A DNA stretch of 60,000 nt from Squalus acanthias (lineage: Eukaryota): NCBI GenBank assembly GCA_030390025.1, contig CM059433.1, forward strand, positions 8,992,001 to 9,052,000, in the 5' to 3' direction. The notes beneath the pieces were generated by a model. That model was not told the DNA's origin. It searched no databases and saw only the letters and a list, made by a program, of their open reading frames with translations. The position numbers were made by a program, and so were the translations under genes. This document shows, piece by piece, positions 33,025 through 46,113 of the stretch (position 1 is its first letter; each line of letters opens with the position of its first letter).

Positions 33025-35199
33025 TTTTAAATTCGTTCATGGGATGTGGGCTTCGCTGGCAAGGCCAGCATTTATTACCCATCCCTAATTGCCCTTGAGA
33101 AGGTGGCGGTGAGCCGCCTTCTTGAACGGCTGCAGTCCGTGTGGTGAAGGTACTCCCACAGTGCTGTTAGGGAGGGAGTTCCAGGATTTTGACCCAGCGA
33201 CGATGAAGAATCGGCGATATATTTCCAAGTCAGGATGGTGTGTGACTTGGAGGGGAACTTGGAGGTGGTGGTGTTCCCATGCGCCTGCTGCCCTTGTCCT
33301 TCTAGGTGGAAGAGGTCACGGGTTTGGGAAGCGCTGCCGAAGAAGCCTTGGTGAGTTGCTGCAGTGCATCTTGTAGATGGTACACACTGCAGCCACGGTG
33401 CGCCGGTGGTGGAGAGAGTGAATGTTTAAGGTGGTGGACGGGGTGCCAATCAAGCGGGCTGCTTTGTCCTGGATGGTGTCGAGCTTCTTGAGTGTTGTTG
33501 GAGCTGCACTCATCCAGGCAAGTATTCCATCACACTCCTGACTTGTGCCTTGTAGATGGTGGAAAGGCTTTAGTGAGTCAGGAGGTGAGACACTCGCTGC
33601 AGAATACCTAGCCTCTGACCTGCTCTTGTTGCCACAGTATTTATGTGGCTGGTCCAGTTAAGTTTCTGGTTAATGGTGACCCCCCAGGATATTGATGGTG
33701 GGGGATTCGGCGATGGTAATGCCGTTGAATGTCAAGGGGCGGTGGTTAGACTCTCGCTTGTTGGAGATAGTCATTGCCTGGCACTTCTGTGGCATGAATG
33801 TTACCTGCCACTTATCAGCTCAAGCCTGAATGTCATCCAGGTCTTGCTGCATGCGGGCATGGACTGCTTCATTATCTGAGGAGTTGCGAATGGCGCTGAA
33901 CACTGTGCAGTCATCAGCAAACATCCCCACTTCTGACCTTATGATGGAGGGAAGGTCATTGATGATATAGCTGAAGATGGTTGGACCTAGGACACTGCTC
34001 TGAGGAACTCCTGCAGCGATGTCCTGGGGCTGTGATGATTGACCTCCAACCACCACAAACATCTTCCTTTGTGTTAGGTATGACTCCAGCCATTGACTTC
34101 AGTTTTACTAGGGCTTCTTGATGCCACACTCGGTCAAATGCTGCCTTGATGTCAAGGGCAGCCACTCTCACCTTCCCTCTGGAATTCAGCTCTTTTGTCC
34201 ATGTTTGGACCAAGGCTGTAATGAGGTCTGGAGCCGAGTGGTACTGGCGGAACCCAAACTGGGCAGCAATGAGCAGGTTATCGGTGAGTAAGTGCCGCTT
34301 GATAGCACTGTCAATGACATCTTCCATCACTTTGCTGATGATTGAGAGTAGACTGATGGGGCAGTAATTGGCCGGATTGGATTTGTCCTGGTTTTTGTTG
34401 ACAGGACATACTTGGGCAGTTTTCCACATTGTCGGATAGATCCCAATGTTATAGCTGTACTGGAACAGCTTGGCTAGAGGCGCGGCTAGTTCTGGAGCAC
34501 ATGTCTTCAGCACGATAGCCGAGATGTTGTTGGGGCCCACAGCCTTTGCTGTATCCAGTGCACTCAGCCGTTTCTTGATATCACGTGGATTGAATCGAAT
34601 TGGCTGAAGACTGGCTTCTGTGATGGTGGGGACCTCGGGAGTAGGCCAATATGGATCATTCACTCGGCACTTCTGGCTGAAGTTGGTTGCAAATGCTTCA
34701 GCTTTGTCTTTTTCACTCACGTGCTGGGCTCCACCATCATTGAGGATGGGGATATTCATGGAGCCTCCTCCGCCCGTTAGTTGTTTAATTGTCCACCACT
34801 ATTCACGACTGGATGTGGCAGGACTGCAGAGCTTTGATCTGATCTGTTGATTGTGGGATCGCTTAGCTCTGTCTATAGCATGCTGCTTCTGCTTTTTAGC
34901 ATGCATGTAATCCTGTGTTGCAGCTTCCCCAGGTTGGCACCACATTTTTAGGTACGCCTGGTGCTGCTCCTGGCATGCTCTTCTACACTCCTTATTGAAC
35001 CAGGGTTGGTCCCCTGGCTTGATGGTAGTGGTAGAGTGAGGGATATGCTGGGCCATGAGGTTACAGATTGTGGTGGAATACAATTCTGCTGCTGCTGATG
35101 GCCCACAGCGCCTCATGGATGCCCAGTTTTGAGCTGCTAGATCTGTTCTGAATCTATCCCATTTAGCACGGTGGTAGTGCCACACAACACGATGGAGGG
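33025..35199 (-). mobile_element. 5'-truncated LINE (CR1/L2-group), decayed RT
   Basis: NYCPISLLS, QFGFR, ALDIKAAFDRVWH, AGVPQSSVLGP and MFADD motifs with frameshifts and deletions. Confidence 0.88.
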
Positions 35200-36161
35200 T
35201 GTCCGCAGCTTGTATTCAGTTCTATAGCAAGGGCTTGCATTCAGTACCTTGGGCCTTCACTGCAGATGTTTTCCAGAGTCACCCTTATGCGCTAGTTGAC
35301 TGGTCTTCAGTATCTCTTTTGGGGCCTCTGCACATGTATCAGTCATCAATGCTCTTCAATGCCAGTTTGAAAGTCCATGATTTTGGAGGTCATTTTGAAT
35401 TCAGCCTCTAGACTTTCCCCCTTACTCCTGTTTCTAGATCCTGCCATTGCAACCCAGCCCCAACCTGCCCATCCGCTTTTCAATTGCCCTGGGCCCAGAC
35501 TCTGTCACTTCCAGACCTCTCTCTGAGTGTTGCTAGACCCCGGCCCACACACACTCTCAACGCTGCAATGTCCAAGACCCCCATCCTTGAATGTTATTGA
35601 ATCCCAGACCACCCACTTTGGACCTAAACCTTGACCCAAGTCAGCCTCTGATGCTTCTATCCACATCATCCCACATGCCAACCAGTCCAACAGCCAAGTT
35701 TTTCTCTCACCTATTAGTGTTGCAACAGCTCCTACTCCCACATCATCTGGTATGCATCTCCAATGTGTGTTGGATGTCATCATTGGTGTACCTTGGACTT
35801 TAACAAAAGTAAGGCATAGAAGTTCAGTATAGTCATTAAAGAACATGTGTGAGCACTATCCAGAGACATATAGAAGAGAAAGGAGATTGAGGGAAGGGCA
35901 GACTTACAGAAAAGGTGATAGAGGATGAGTAAGAAAAATAGTCAGCTAGACACAGACAGTGCAATGAGAAAACCTGAGTGGTATACAGAGAGAGGAAATC
36001 AGAGACTGAGAGAGAGTGTGAAAAGTACTTCAAATAATGGTAAGTTGTGAGCATTCACGGACTAAATATTGCATCTCTCTGCCTCAATTGGGTTTTAGTT
36101 AGAAATTTCATTCTGGCAATATTCCGCTGGTCGATGTAATGAATAACAAGGTTATATAGGG

Positions 36162-37152
36162 ATGGCAGGGCAGGTGGTGTGCCACAACTGCAGCATGTTG
36201 GAGTTTGTGGAGAGCATCGCGATCCCGGACGACCATGTCTGCAGTAAGTGTTTGCATCTCGAGGAACTTCAGCTCAGAGTTGTTGAGCTGGAGTCTGAGG
36301 TGCAGACATTGCGGGGCATCAGGGAGGGAGAGAGTTACCTGGACATTCCGGTCCAGGAGGCAGTCGCATCCCTTAGGTTAGGTAGTGGTACAGGTCTGGT
36401 TAGTGGTCAGGGACAGGAGGGTGTGACTGCGACTCAGGCAGCTAAGCGGACCCCAGGTGCAGGGCTGAAGGAGCCTCAGCCTTTGTCTTTATCCAATAGG
36501 TATGAGGTTCTTGCTGCCTATGTGGATGAGGGCAAAGTCTGCAGGGTGGATGAGCAAACTGAGCATGGCACCATGGTGCAGGAGGCCATTCAAGTGGGGG
36601 GGAGTGAAAAGGAATGTTGTAGTGGTAGGGGAGAGTACAGTCAGGGGGATAGATACTGCTCTCTGCAGCTGCGACCAGGAGTTTCAAAGGTTGTGTTGCC
36701 TGCCCGGTGACAGGGTTAAGGATAACTCCTCGTAGCTGGAGAAGAATTTGGAGTGGGAGGGGGAGGATCCCGTTGTTGTGGAAGAAATGACATAGGTCGG
36801 ACTGGGACTGAGGTTCTGCTGAGAGAGTTTGAGGAGTTGGGGTCCAAATTAAAACGCGGAACCTCAAAGGTAATAATCTCTGGATTGTTACCTGAGCCAC
36901 GCGCAAATTGACACAGGGACAAGCAGATGAGAGAGTTAAATGCATGGCGCAAAGAGTGGTGTGAGAGGAAGGGGTTTCGATTCATGGGGCACTGGCACCA
37001 GTACTGGGGAAAGAGAGAGCTGTTCCGTTGGGACGGGATATGGAGATCGGGCGGGAAAGTGGAGTTGAGGTCGAATATCAGCCATGATCTTATTGAATGG
37101 CGGAGCAGGCTTGAGGGGCCATATGGCCTACTCCTGCTCTTATTTCTTATGC
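36162..37152 (+). mobile_element. Internally deleted CR1: ORF1 (zinc finger/coiled coil + SGNH esterase) joined to a CR1 3' tail
   Basis: CHNC...CSKC followed by a leucine zipper, LSNRYEVL, VVVVGESTVRG, LPG, IISGLLP and WDG in broken frames, then the CR1 3' UTR directly from about 37035. Confidence 0.8.
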
Positions 37153-37185
37153 TGTGCTTTTGAGTGAGAAATTATGCAGAACCAT

Positions 37186-37186
<1 letters not shown>

Positions 37187-37225
<39 letters not shown>
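37187..37225. repeat. poly(C) run, 39 nt
   Basis: Direct reading of the sequence. Confidence 0.9.
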
Positions 37226-37420
37226 ATTAGTTTGTTTGCAAAAGAAGTGGAATTATGTTTGTATCAATTAATCGGAAACAAATTTGATCTTGGTCAGAAT
37301 TTATATACCATCTAGTCTTAAGCAGCACATAAGAGTCAATGGCAACCAATTCAGATCTGACATAAGGCTTTTGTTATAACGTACAGCAGAAAATCAATGA
37401 GGATTCAGATTATGTTGTTA

Positions 37421-38100
37421 CATCAACATCCTGGGGGTCACCATTGACCAGAAACTTAACTGGACCAGCCACATAAATACTGTGGCAACAAGAGCAGGTC
37501 AGAGGCTGGGTATTCTGCGGCGAGTGTCTCACCTCCTGACTCCACAAAGCCTTTCCACCATCTACAAGGCACAAGTCAGGAGTGTGATGGAATACTCTCC
37601 ACTTGCCTGGATGAGTGCAGCTCCAACAACACTCAAGAAGCTCGACACCATCCAGGACAAAGCAGCCCGCTTGATTGGCACCCCATCCACCACCTTAAAC
37701 ATTCACTCCCTCCACCACCGGCGTACCGTGGCTGCAGTGTGTACCATCTACAAGATGCACTGCAGCAACTCGCCAAGGCTTCTTCGGCAGCACCTCCCAA
37801 ACCCATGACCTCCACCACCTAGAAGGACAAGGGCAGCAGGCACATGGGAGCACCATCACCTCCAAGTTCCCCTCCAAGTCTCACACCATCCTGACTTGGA
37901 AATATATTGCTGTTTCTTCATCGTCGCTGGGTCAAAATCCTGGAACTCCCTCCCTAACAGCACTGTGGGAGCACCTTTCACCACACGGACTGCAGCTGTT
38001 CAAGAAGGTGGCTCACCACCACCTTCTCAAGGGCAACTAGGGATGGGCAACAAATGCTGGCCTTGCCAGCGACGCCCAGATCCCATGAACAAATTTAAAA
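37421..38100 (+). mobile_element. LINE 3' fragment, same family as 33025-35199, opposite orientation
   Basis: RSVMEYSPLAWMSAAPTTLKKLDTIQDKAARLIG and the same 3' tail. Confidence 0.88.
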
Positions 38101-38509
38101 CAAGTAAGCCCTATTGAAATCAATTAATCATGTCATACTTAGACCAAGGACTCTGTAATCTAGGTTCAAAATATGAATCCATGGAGAATATTGTTGGTGC
38201 AGTGTATTGGAACATTATATTTCAAGATGTCATCATGGAGTGACAGGATATTCATTTACCCTCATTACCCTACACAACCTATTCTTTATTTCAGCTATGC
38301 CATTTACGAAGACATTAAATGGACTCTAGATAATTACCTATAAGTGAGGAAAGAAAATCAGAGATAGACTCAGTCATTTCAGACTGCTCCTGGGTATCTC
38401 CTTGCAGCCTGTTAAAGAACAGTATTTAGCAGAGCCCTATATGCAGGTTGCCTGACCATCCTCTTGGCTGAGGTGGTCCGAATAGGATAGAAAGATTCAA
38501 CACAATCTT

Positions 38510-38760
38510 ATACACTTCTCCAGGCTTTCCTCATAACTCAGAGCCCCGACACTGCGAATCAATCTCGTGGCTCTTCTCTACATTACCTCCAGCGCTTCAA
38601 CGTGCCTCTTGTTTCTTGGTAACCAGAAGTGGATGCTGTATTCAAGATGCAGCCTGAAGTTTGATCATTACCTCCTGTGACTTGTATTCCATCGTTTTGA
38701 CTATGCCATTCAACGTCTTATTGGCTTTCCTGATTGTTGTTCTGAGTTGGTCATACTTGC
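38510..38760 (-). mobile_element. Old CR1 fragment
   Basis: Decayed KANKTLNG...YKSQEVMIKL remnant and CR1-like nucleotide blocks. Confidence 0.5.
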
Positions 38761-40898
38761 TTATGCCCAAGGTCCTGAAGATCCGTCCACCTCTATTAAT
38801 CAATCCTGGCCTACTGTCTCCACTCCCAGCAGCACAAGAGCCATCATGTCCCATGGGATATTTGTTCTCCTCAGTCTATACCCATGTAGATAAAATTTCC
38901 AATCCCATTCCCAACCAGATATTTTTCCATTTTGAAACGAGCTAATCAACACAGTATTGATCGCTTTTTCCTGGGAATATGTTATTCATTATCTACTGTG
39001 CCATGTGCGTGCATGGAAAGAGAGGCTGGGAGGAAACTCTTCTAATCTGTAGTTTTACTAGAGCTCTTGTTTCAATGTTAAATAATTGGATTATACACCT
39101 TTAGTTTTCTTTTCACTAATGAATACAAGTTCAGTTCTACAAGTCTGCTGTTGTAATTTACAGGCGTAAATCCAGGGATCATCCTCAAACTTTTTATTTG
39201 TACAGGAGAGGAGACCATCCTGGAGCATCAACCAATCACTACCTGTAACAAATGGCCTTGGGTTGATCACAGGCACAGCAACATTTCTTTTTAGCGATCC
39301 TGTGATGTGCTACAACAACAGCAGCAAATTGCATTTATCTTGCGCCTTTGATGTAGCAAAACATCCCAAAGCGCTTCACAGTGGTGTAATCAAAAAATAA
39401 ATGGATGCCTAGGTACAACTGCCAATGGTGGGGTGAAGGGAGGGGGGGGGGGGATGCACAAGAGGTCAAAGTCAGAGGGACAGAGAGGGTTGCAGGGCAA
39501 GAGAAAGTTACAGAGATGGAGAGGAGCGAGGTCAGGAGGGCATTTAAACACGAGGATCGGGATTTTTAACTTGAGGTAATGGTGTACTGGGGAGGGGTCA
39601 TGAATGAGGGTTTCAGCAGCAGATGGGCAGAGGCAGGGACAGACAAGGGACCCAGTTTTGCCCCATGGAGTGGACAGAAAGTAGTCGTAGGAACTGGGCA
39701 TACCTAGAATGGATTTAAGATTTTACTGGCATTTGTTGAAAATTTCAAGCATTTCCTGAGAACTGGCTGATGAGAACCTCAAGGATGTGTACTTTCTCAT
39801 AAACCTCTCTCAGTAAAGCTGTTCTCTGAAGAGATACTTCCTCTGTAAGGCTGTTCTAATAGCCGCGAGGGTCACCAGTGACCAGAAGCTAACTGGACCA
39901 GCCATATCAACATCTTGGCTACAAGAGCAGGGCAGAATCTGGGTACTCTTGTGATAAATGACTCATCACCCAATCCCTCAAAGCCTCTTCACATCTGCAA
40001 GACTCAAAGTCAGGGGCGTGATTGAATACTCACTGCTTGCCTGGATAGGTGCAGCTGCAATAACATTCAGGAAGCCGAGACTGGGCGGGCTGTGCGCCGC
40101 ACATACTCAGTCCATGCATCCTGGCGTTGAACAGCCCAAGGTCCCCCCCAGCTTCTCCAAAACTCTTTCAATGTTATATTTCTCTGAAGCCAGTTGCAGG
40201 AATGGCGCCTCCTAGCTCCACAAAAATACTGTGCATCGCTGCCACCCCAGACTCGCCCCTCGCACACCCCCCCAAAACTTCGCTTCCTTAGCCCTCAGGA
40301 CCTACCTGTGAGCCAACTCTGCATCGAAGTCGGCCGAAACTCCTCAGGCCTGAAACCGCTGCGCTGTATCGGGATGTCCATTTGACATTCACAGCTCACT
40401 GCTTTCGTTTAAATGAAGCTCAGGCCTCAAAATGGCTCCAGCTTCTTCGCCCCCGGAACGGCCGGCCGGCCGGAGCACTCTGCTAGTTAGCCCACAAGTA
40501 AAATCCACCCAATGTTTTTACTGGCTCTGAACAATTTATTGGGAGACCAGACCCAGATTAAGGTTTCTGAAGTATTTTATTCACAACATAGGCAGGTAAA
40601 CAATGCTCCGAGTATGTCCACATATTGAGAGAGACAGGGTCCCCGCTTAAAGCTAAAACATCACGCTCCATGCGCGGAACTTTCAACCGGCCTACCCGCT
40701 ACCACCAGCTTTACGCCCCACCAACGTTGAAATATATTCTTTTAGACTGGCTCCAATGCACTGCCAAAAATACTGAGCTCTATCTGTTGGAGGAAATTGT
40801 TTACCAGCCCAGCTAAACATCCTTTTAACTATCAAAATAATTCAGGAGATTATTCGTGCGACCAGCCCCGTACTCCCACTGACTACCCAAGCATCTAT

Positions 40899-41010
40899 TT
40901 TTTAAAAATTCGTTTATGGGATGTTGGTGTCACTGGCAAGGCCGGCATTTATTGCCCATCCCTAATTGCCCTTGGTGGTGAGCCGCCTTCTTGAACCGCT
41001 GCAGTCCGTA
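40899..41010 (-). mobile_element. LINE 3' tail fragment (family of 33025)
   Basis: ATTCGTTTATGGGATGT...GGCAAGGCCGGCATTTATTGCCCATCCCTAATTGCCCTTG. Confidence 0.75.
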
Positions 41011-42957
41011 TTAAGAGTCAACCACATTTGCTGTGGGTCTGGAGTCACATATCGGCCAGACCGGGTCAGGACGGCAGATTTCCTTCCCTAAAAGGACATT
41101 AGTGAACCAGATAGGTTTTTAACGACAATCCGGTAGTTTCATGGCCACCATTACCATCCAGATCTATTTAATTCACTGAATTTAAACTCCCCAGCTGCCA
41201 TGGTGGGCCAGGCCGCTGGATCACTAGCCCAGTGACATTACCACTATGCTACCGTTCCCTTGTTCCACTGTTGACAATGATTGCTAATACAAGAGGGCTG
41301 ATTCGGGGGTAGCTTTCCTATTTGACACTCCCAATAGGGAGGGCCTTTTCCAGAAGTGCATATTGGAAATTCGGACATGCCTTGCGCATGATTTCCCCAA
41401 ATTTAAATTAATAATGGTTGGAAACTCGTGCACAGCTCACACCTGGAACTTCTGATATGCACTCCTGGTGAAATCAGAAAATGATCCTTTTATAGAGTGA
41501 ATTTATGCCCTAAAAAGAACAAAAATTGCCTGATAGCTAAAAGACAATTAGCCTCAAAATTATAACAAATGGAGTTGGTCCTTAAAAGGGAAATGCGATT
41601 AGAACAGATCTTGAAATTGGTAAATGGCACTAAAACTGTACTGATTTTTCTTAAAGTTCCTGGAGCTACAGGGCCTGGCCTCAGTAGTCAGGAAAAGTTA
41701 CAGTCGGAGCTGGGAATTTTTCCAAAGCTGAGCAGCGAGTCTTTCAAAGTTGGTGGAAAAAAGATTTAGCACATGGCTTCCCCAAAAACCACTCAGCGTC
41801 AACCAAGTTCCTATAGTATCCACCAGGAAAAATGAACTTGCATTTGCATAGCACCTTTCACATCCTTGGGGGGGCCCCCAAAGCATTTTTACAACCAATG
41901 GCTTACAGAAAGGATGCAGAATGATGAAACATGGGAGTGATTCACCAGTCAGGCAGTATCGAGCAGAAAAGTCTACTGCAGACAGCCTCCCTTGTGAGGA
42001 TATGATGCAGTTATGGCGGATTATAGAATGGTGAAACTGTTGTAATGTTATTGCAGTAGAACTATGGAGAAATATACATTTCTGGCAGCTGGTAATTTGC
42101 TATATTTGTTACAAGTTGCTGCCACACAAAAAAAATTAATAGTGGTCGATGACTGTGATTATGTACAAATAATCTCTATGCAAAATATTTTAGGTTTTAA
42201 GTTGGGGTGGATTCAACTTTCAGTATTAAATTATTGAAACATTTGCAGTTAGTTTATTGCAGAGTTAGAATAACTAGACAAAAATATTAACAACTATTTA
42301 TTTCAACAGATAGTTACACAAAAAACACCAGCTTTTTCAAGATCACATAGCAAATACAAATCAATATATTAATATTACATTGTTTAATGTCAAAAAATCT
42401 TAACAGCCCAATCTACCACTACCCTCATTGGGGAAAAAAGTCAAATACCACCAAAATGATTTATTTACCTACACTGACTGTCAAAAGCACAAGTCACAGG
42501 TACAGCTCAACGGTGGCACACACGACTAAAAATCGGAGGATTCACATAAGCAACACTAACACAACAAATCAATACTTACAACAGTAAAGCCAATATTCAT
42601 ATTTAACAATATTTGAACAAATGCACTTAATGCAATAAATACTGACCACATTTACAGTTAGAACTTGACAAAACTACCAAAATTACAATCACAAGATATC
42701 ACTTTAGTTCGGAATCACAACAGTATAGTATACTATACACAAACATTAAACAGTACCACTCTCATATATTACTAATACATACACTACCTCCTTGATAAGA
42801 ATTAACCTAATACTTAATTTAAGGGATGCGCTAATTAAACAAACCATGAAAGGTGTGATATCAGAAAGATAGCCAAATGCAGAATTTATATGAATGCAAC
42901 ATATCCTTGAATCACCTTTTACCAAACATAAATCTTCAACAGATGGTTTACTTTCTT

Positions 42958-44319
42958 TTACAGGATGCTCTCCCGTTCTTCCCCGTAGGAAGCACTGGGA
43001 CCAACTGCATGTAGCTCAGATGCGGTGCTGCTCTTTGTGTGCTTGATAAAATTTGATGGAGCTTTAGATGCGAGGCCCCGTTTAATACCGAGACCTCGAA
43101 GGTTGTCATTCTTGAATGAAGCTGCATATGTATCATTCTGGACTGGTGCTTTGCCCAGAGCGGAGCTTGCTGTCGGATGGGCAACTCGAGGTGCATTCTT
43201 TCCCAGGTGCTCAGGGTCACCGGCTGTTTCGATGAATTCTTTCCTCTCATCTTCATTCTGCAGCCTATTAGAAGCATTGCTGTTGTTATTCAGGGTCTCT
43301 GTGCTTGCTGTTCTGTTGATGTTGGTTACATTAAACATTTTCTGAGCGACGGGCCAATTTTCCTCAGGGCTGCTGGCCAACAGACTGCCTTCAGAGGTTG
43401 AACCAGAAGGGCTCTTCTTATCTTCAGAGCAGATAGACATACGGGCAACACTTGGGTCTTGAAGACCACTTAAACTGTTAGGTATACCTCGTTTATCTCT
43501 GGATGGATCATCCTCCAACTCTATCAAATTAGTCTTCTCCAGCTGACTGTCTTCGGTTTCATCACGGAGAGAGTGGTTTGGCGAACTCTCACTGGATCTG
43601 ACCCCAGAGTCGGATGAATCCTTTTTATCAAGCATGGCATCAGAAAGATATTCCTTCGATTTGATCAGGGATCTGACAGCTTCACTTCCATGCTCAGTGG
43701 AATTGGTTTGTTTTTTGTTTCTCTCTTCTGCCTTCGCATCTTTAAGAAATGGGGTATAATCAGCTTCTTCTTGACCCGATTCATCTTCATCATTGGGCAG
43801 TTTCCGATAATGTAAGCCTTTCAATGTCAAATCTGCTCCTTGGAAGATATTCACTCTGTCGGAAGATTTCTTCCTAGAGAGAAGCTTGGTTGTTGAGGGG
43901 TCTGGTTTTTCATCTTCTTCGGTGATGGGATCCAATAGCGATGCATCAGATGTAGAAATAGTGGATGATGTATAGTCGCCAAGGTCACTCATAGAGGACT
44001 TGCCTCCACGTGGAACGGTCTCTCTTTTTCCTGCAAAGGATTTTTTATCATCGTGTTGCTTCTGCTCAGCATCTTGCTCCAAAGTGGCTTGAAAGGGAAC
44101 TTTTCCCAACAAAAACTGACCAGGATTGTGGGGTACGGGCAGATTAGACTTGTCAGTGCTGGCAGTTGTGGAGCTGGATGGACCATCTAACTGAGCCATC
44201 TGTGCAATATATTCTTTATAGGCATCTCTGTATTCAGCCTGCTGCTTGTCTGTGAGCCTGGCAAGGTCGTTGGAAGATTCCAGAGAGTTGATACTTGAGA
44301 GACTTGGTGTTCTTTGAGG
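42958..44319 (-). CDS. KIDINS220: KIDINS220/ARMS terminal coding exon
   Basis: Acceptor at 44320-44321. PQRTPSLSS...AYREYIAQM, LLDPITEEDEK, KKDSSDSGVRS, ARMSICSEDKKSP, and the C-terminal PDZ-binding ...EERESIL*. 1362 nt, phase 0. Confidence 0.95.
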   Translation of the reverse strand, partial: PQRTPSLSSINSLESSNDLARLTDKQQAEYRDAYKEYIAQMAQLDGPSSSTTASTDKSNLPVPHNPGQFLLGKVPFQATLEQDAEQKQHDDKKSFAGKRETVPRGGKSSMSDLGDYTSSTISTSDASLLDPITEEDEKPDPSTTKLLSRKKSSDRVNIFQGADLTLKGLHYRKLPNDEDESGQEEADYTPFLKDAKAEERNKKQTNSTEHGSEAVRSLIKSKEYLSDAMLDKKDSSDSGVRSSESSPNHSLRDETEDSQLEKTNLIELEDDPSRDKRGIPNSLSGLQDPSVARMSICSEDKKSPSGSTSEGSLLASSPEENWPVAQKMFNVTNINRTASTETLNNNSNASNRLQNEDERKEFIETAGDPEHLGKNAPRVAHPTASSALGKAPVQNDTYAASFKNDNLRGLGIKRGLASKAPSNFIKHTKSSTASELHAVGPSASYGEERESIL

Positions 44320-45067
44320 CTGTAGTTAAATAAAAAAAGTTTATCACAAACCTTTATCAAATCATGTCAATTCGAAATCAACCAAGATGCTTACTCTTAA
44401 AATTTATCCAGGCAAATGCCAAATGTTTACATGTGTACATGAGTCAATCTCTCAAAAACATGCAGCAGTCATGATTCTTTAGATAGAACTGGTTCCACAA
44501 TCATTGTTAAAAGATCTGCAACTGAATACCCTAATGATTCTTGGGATGAATGCAAGTTATTTAATACACTTTGCCATTTCTCATCTTACTGTTCAGTGAT
44601 TTAGAAATCTATTAATGTGTTTATATTTGTGTCCATCAAACTATATTGGCATTAAGTTATTCCTTTCCATATAGCTGCTTTCCTACTTTCATGAAATCGA
44701 TATTTTTAAATGGGCATTTATCAACATGTTTAACTGTGTTGTTTAGTACAATATATAGTGCAATATACTTTAGTGTTGTATTGAATTGAAGGCATGAATA
44801 CAATTGGTTTCTGATATGTGTACCAAAAATGTATTTTCTTCTGACGTTAAAACCTTCAGACATAACCAGCACATTTAAATAAAAATATTTTAAATGTGTG
44901 AATACTTTTATCAACTTTGAAATTTATTCAGAAAGAAAGTGTCATTAAATTATCTAATGGTTCCAGTAATTAATGAGAAACAAATTTGAAGTGCTTTATG
45001 AAAAAATATTATGAAATCTTTTGCAATGTTAAGCCATTTTATTTACCCATCATCTTTCCAGCAGTAA

Positions 45068-45812
45068 TTTTAGGAACAGGAGTAGGCTGATCTGCAGCTC
45101 AATTCCATTTACCCACCTTTTCTCCATATTCCTTGATACCCTTACCTAACAAAAATCTATCCATCTCAGTCTTGAAAGCTCCAATTGCCCTAGTATCCAC
45201 AGCCTTTTGCGGGATAGAATTCCACAAACCTTTGTGTGAAAAATGCTTCCTGATTTCATTCCTGAATGACCTGGCTCTAATTTTGAGATTGTGCTCCCTT
45301 ATTCTGGACTCTCCCACCAGAGGAAATAGCTTTTCTCCATCGACCCTATCAAATCATTCCATCATTTTAAAGACCTCAATTAGATAACCCCTCAACCTTC
45401 TAAACCAGGGAACACAACCCAAATTTGTGTAACCCTTTAAAGCCCTGGTATTATTCTGGTGGATCTGCACTGTACCCAAGGCCAATATATCCTTCTTGAG
45501 GTGAGGTGCTCAAAACTGACGCAGATTTTCAAGATGGGGTTGACCGAGGCTCAGTACAACTGAAGCATCACTTCCTACCCTTTGTATTCCAGCCCTCTTG
45601 AGATAAAGGCCAACATTCCATGAGCATGTTTGATTACTTTTTGTACCTTTTAGTGATTTGTGTACCTGGACACCCAAATCCCTTTGCTCCTCCACGGTCT
45701 CGCGCCATTAAGGAAATATTCCGATTTGTCTTTATTGGATCCAAAGTGGATTAACCTCACACTTCCCCACACTGAACTCCATCTGTCATAGTTTTGCCCA
45801 GTCACTTAATCT
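45068..45812 (-). mobile_element. CR1 LINE 3' fragment (intronic)
   Basis: EEQRDLGVQVHKSLK and GESRIREHNLKIR remnants plus a CR1 tail. Confidence 0.85.
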
Positions 45813-45873
45813 GTCTACGTCTTCTTTTAAGAAAGTGGTGACATTTCAGGGACTCAGCTGATCCAATACCAAC

Positions 45874-46113
45874 CTGCCAACTAGAATCGGTGGGTCTCAC
45901 TGGCTCTTCAATATCAACAGCTCTCAGTTCCTCAAAGCTGAAAGTTAAGCTGAAGGCTTCCTGAGGGGAATGTCCAGGAAGTTCAGCGTTCCCTGCATAA
46001 TCGGCATTTGCTGCATGAAGACTGGAACAATCATTTTGTGCCGGCACATTTTCACCAACAGTTCTTAGTTCTTCTTGAATTACCTGGGTATCCAAATGGC
46101 GCATCTCAAACAC
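45874..46113 (-). CDS. KIDINS220: KIDINS220 penultimate coding exon
   Basis: TTTTCTAG|GTG acceptor; VFEMR...LTFSFEEL...SSWQ|GT; 240 nt, phase 0. Confidence 0.88.

Noticed and set aside
37187..37225. Poly(C)39 as a functional G-quadruplex or i-motif
   Set aside because: Homopolymer length is unreliable in assemblies, and short poly(C/G) runs are common throughout the window.
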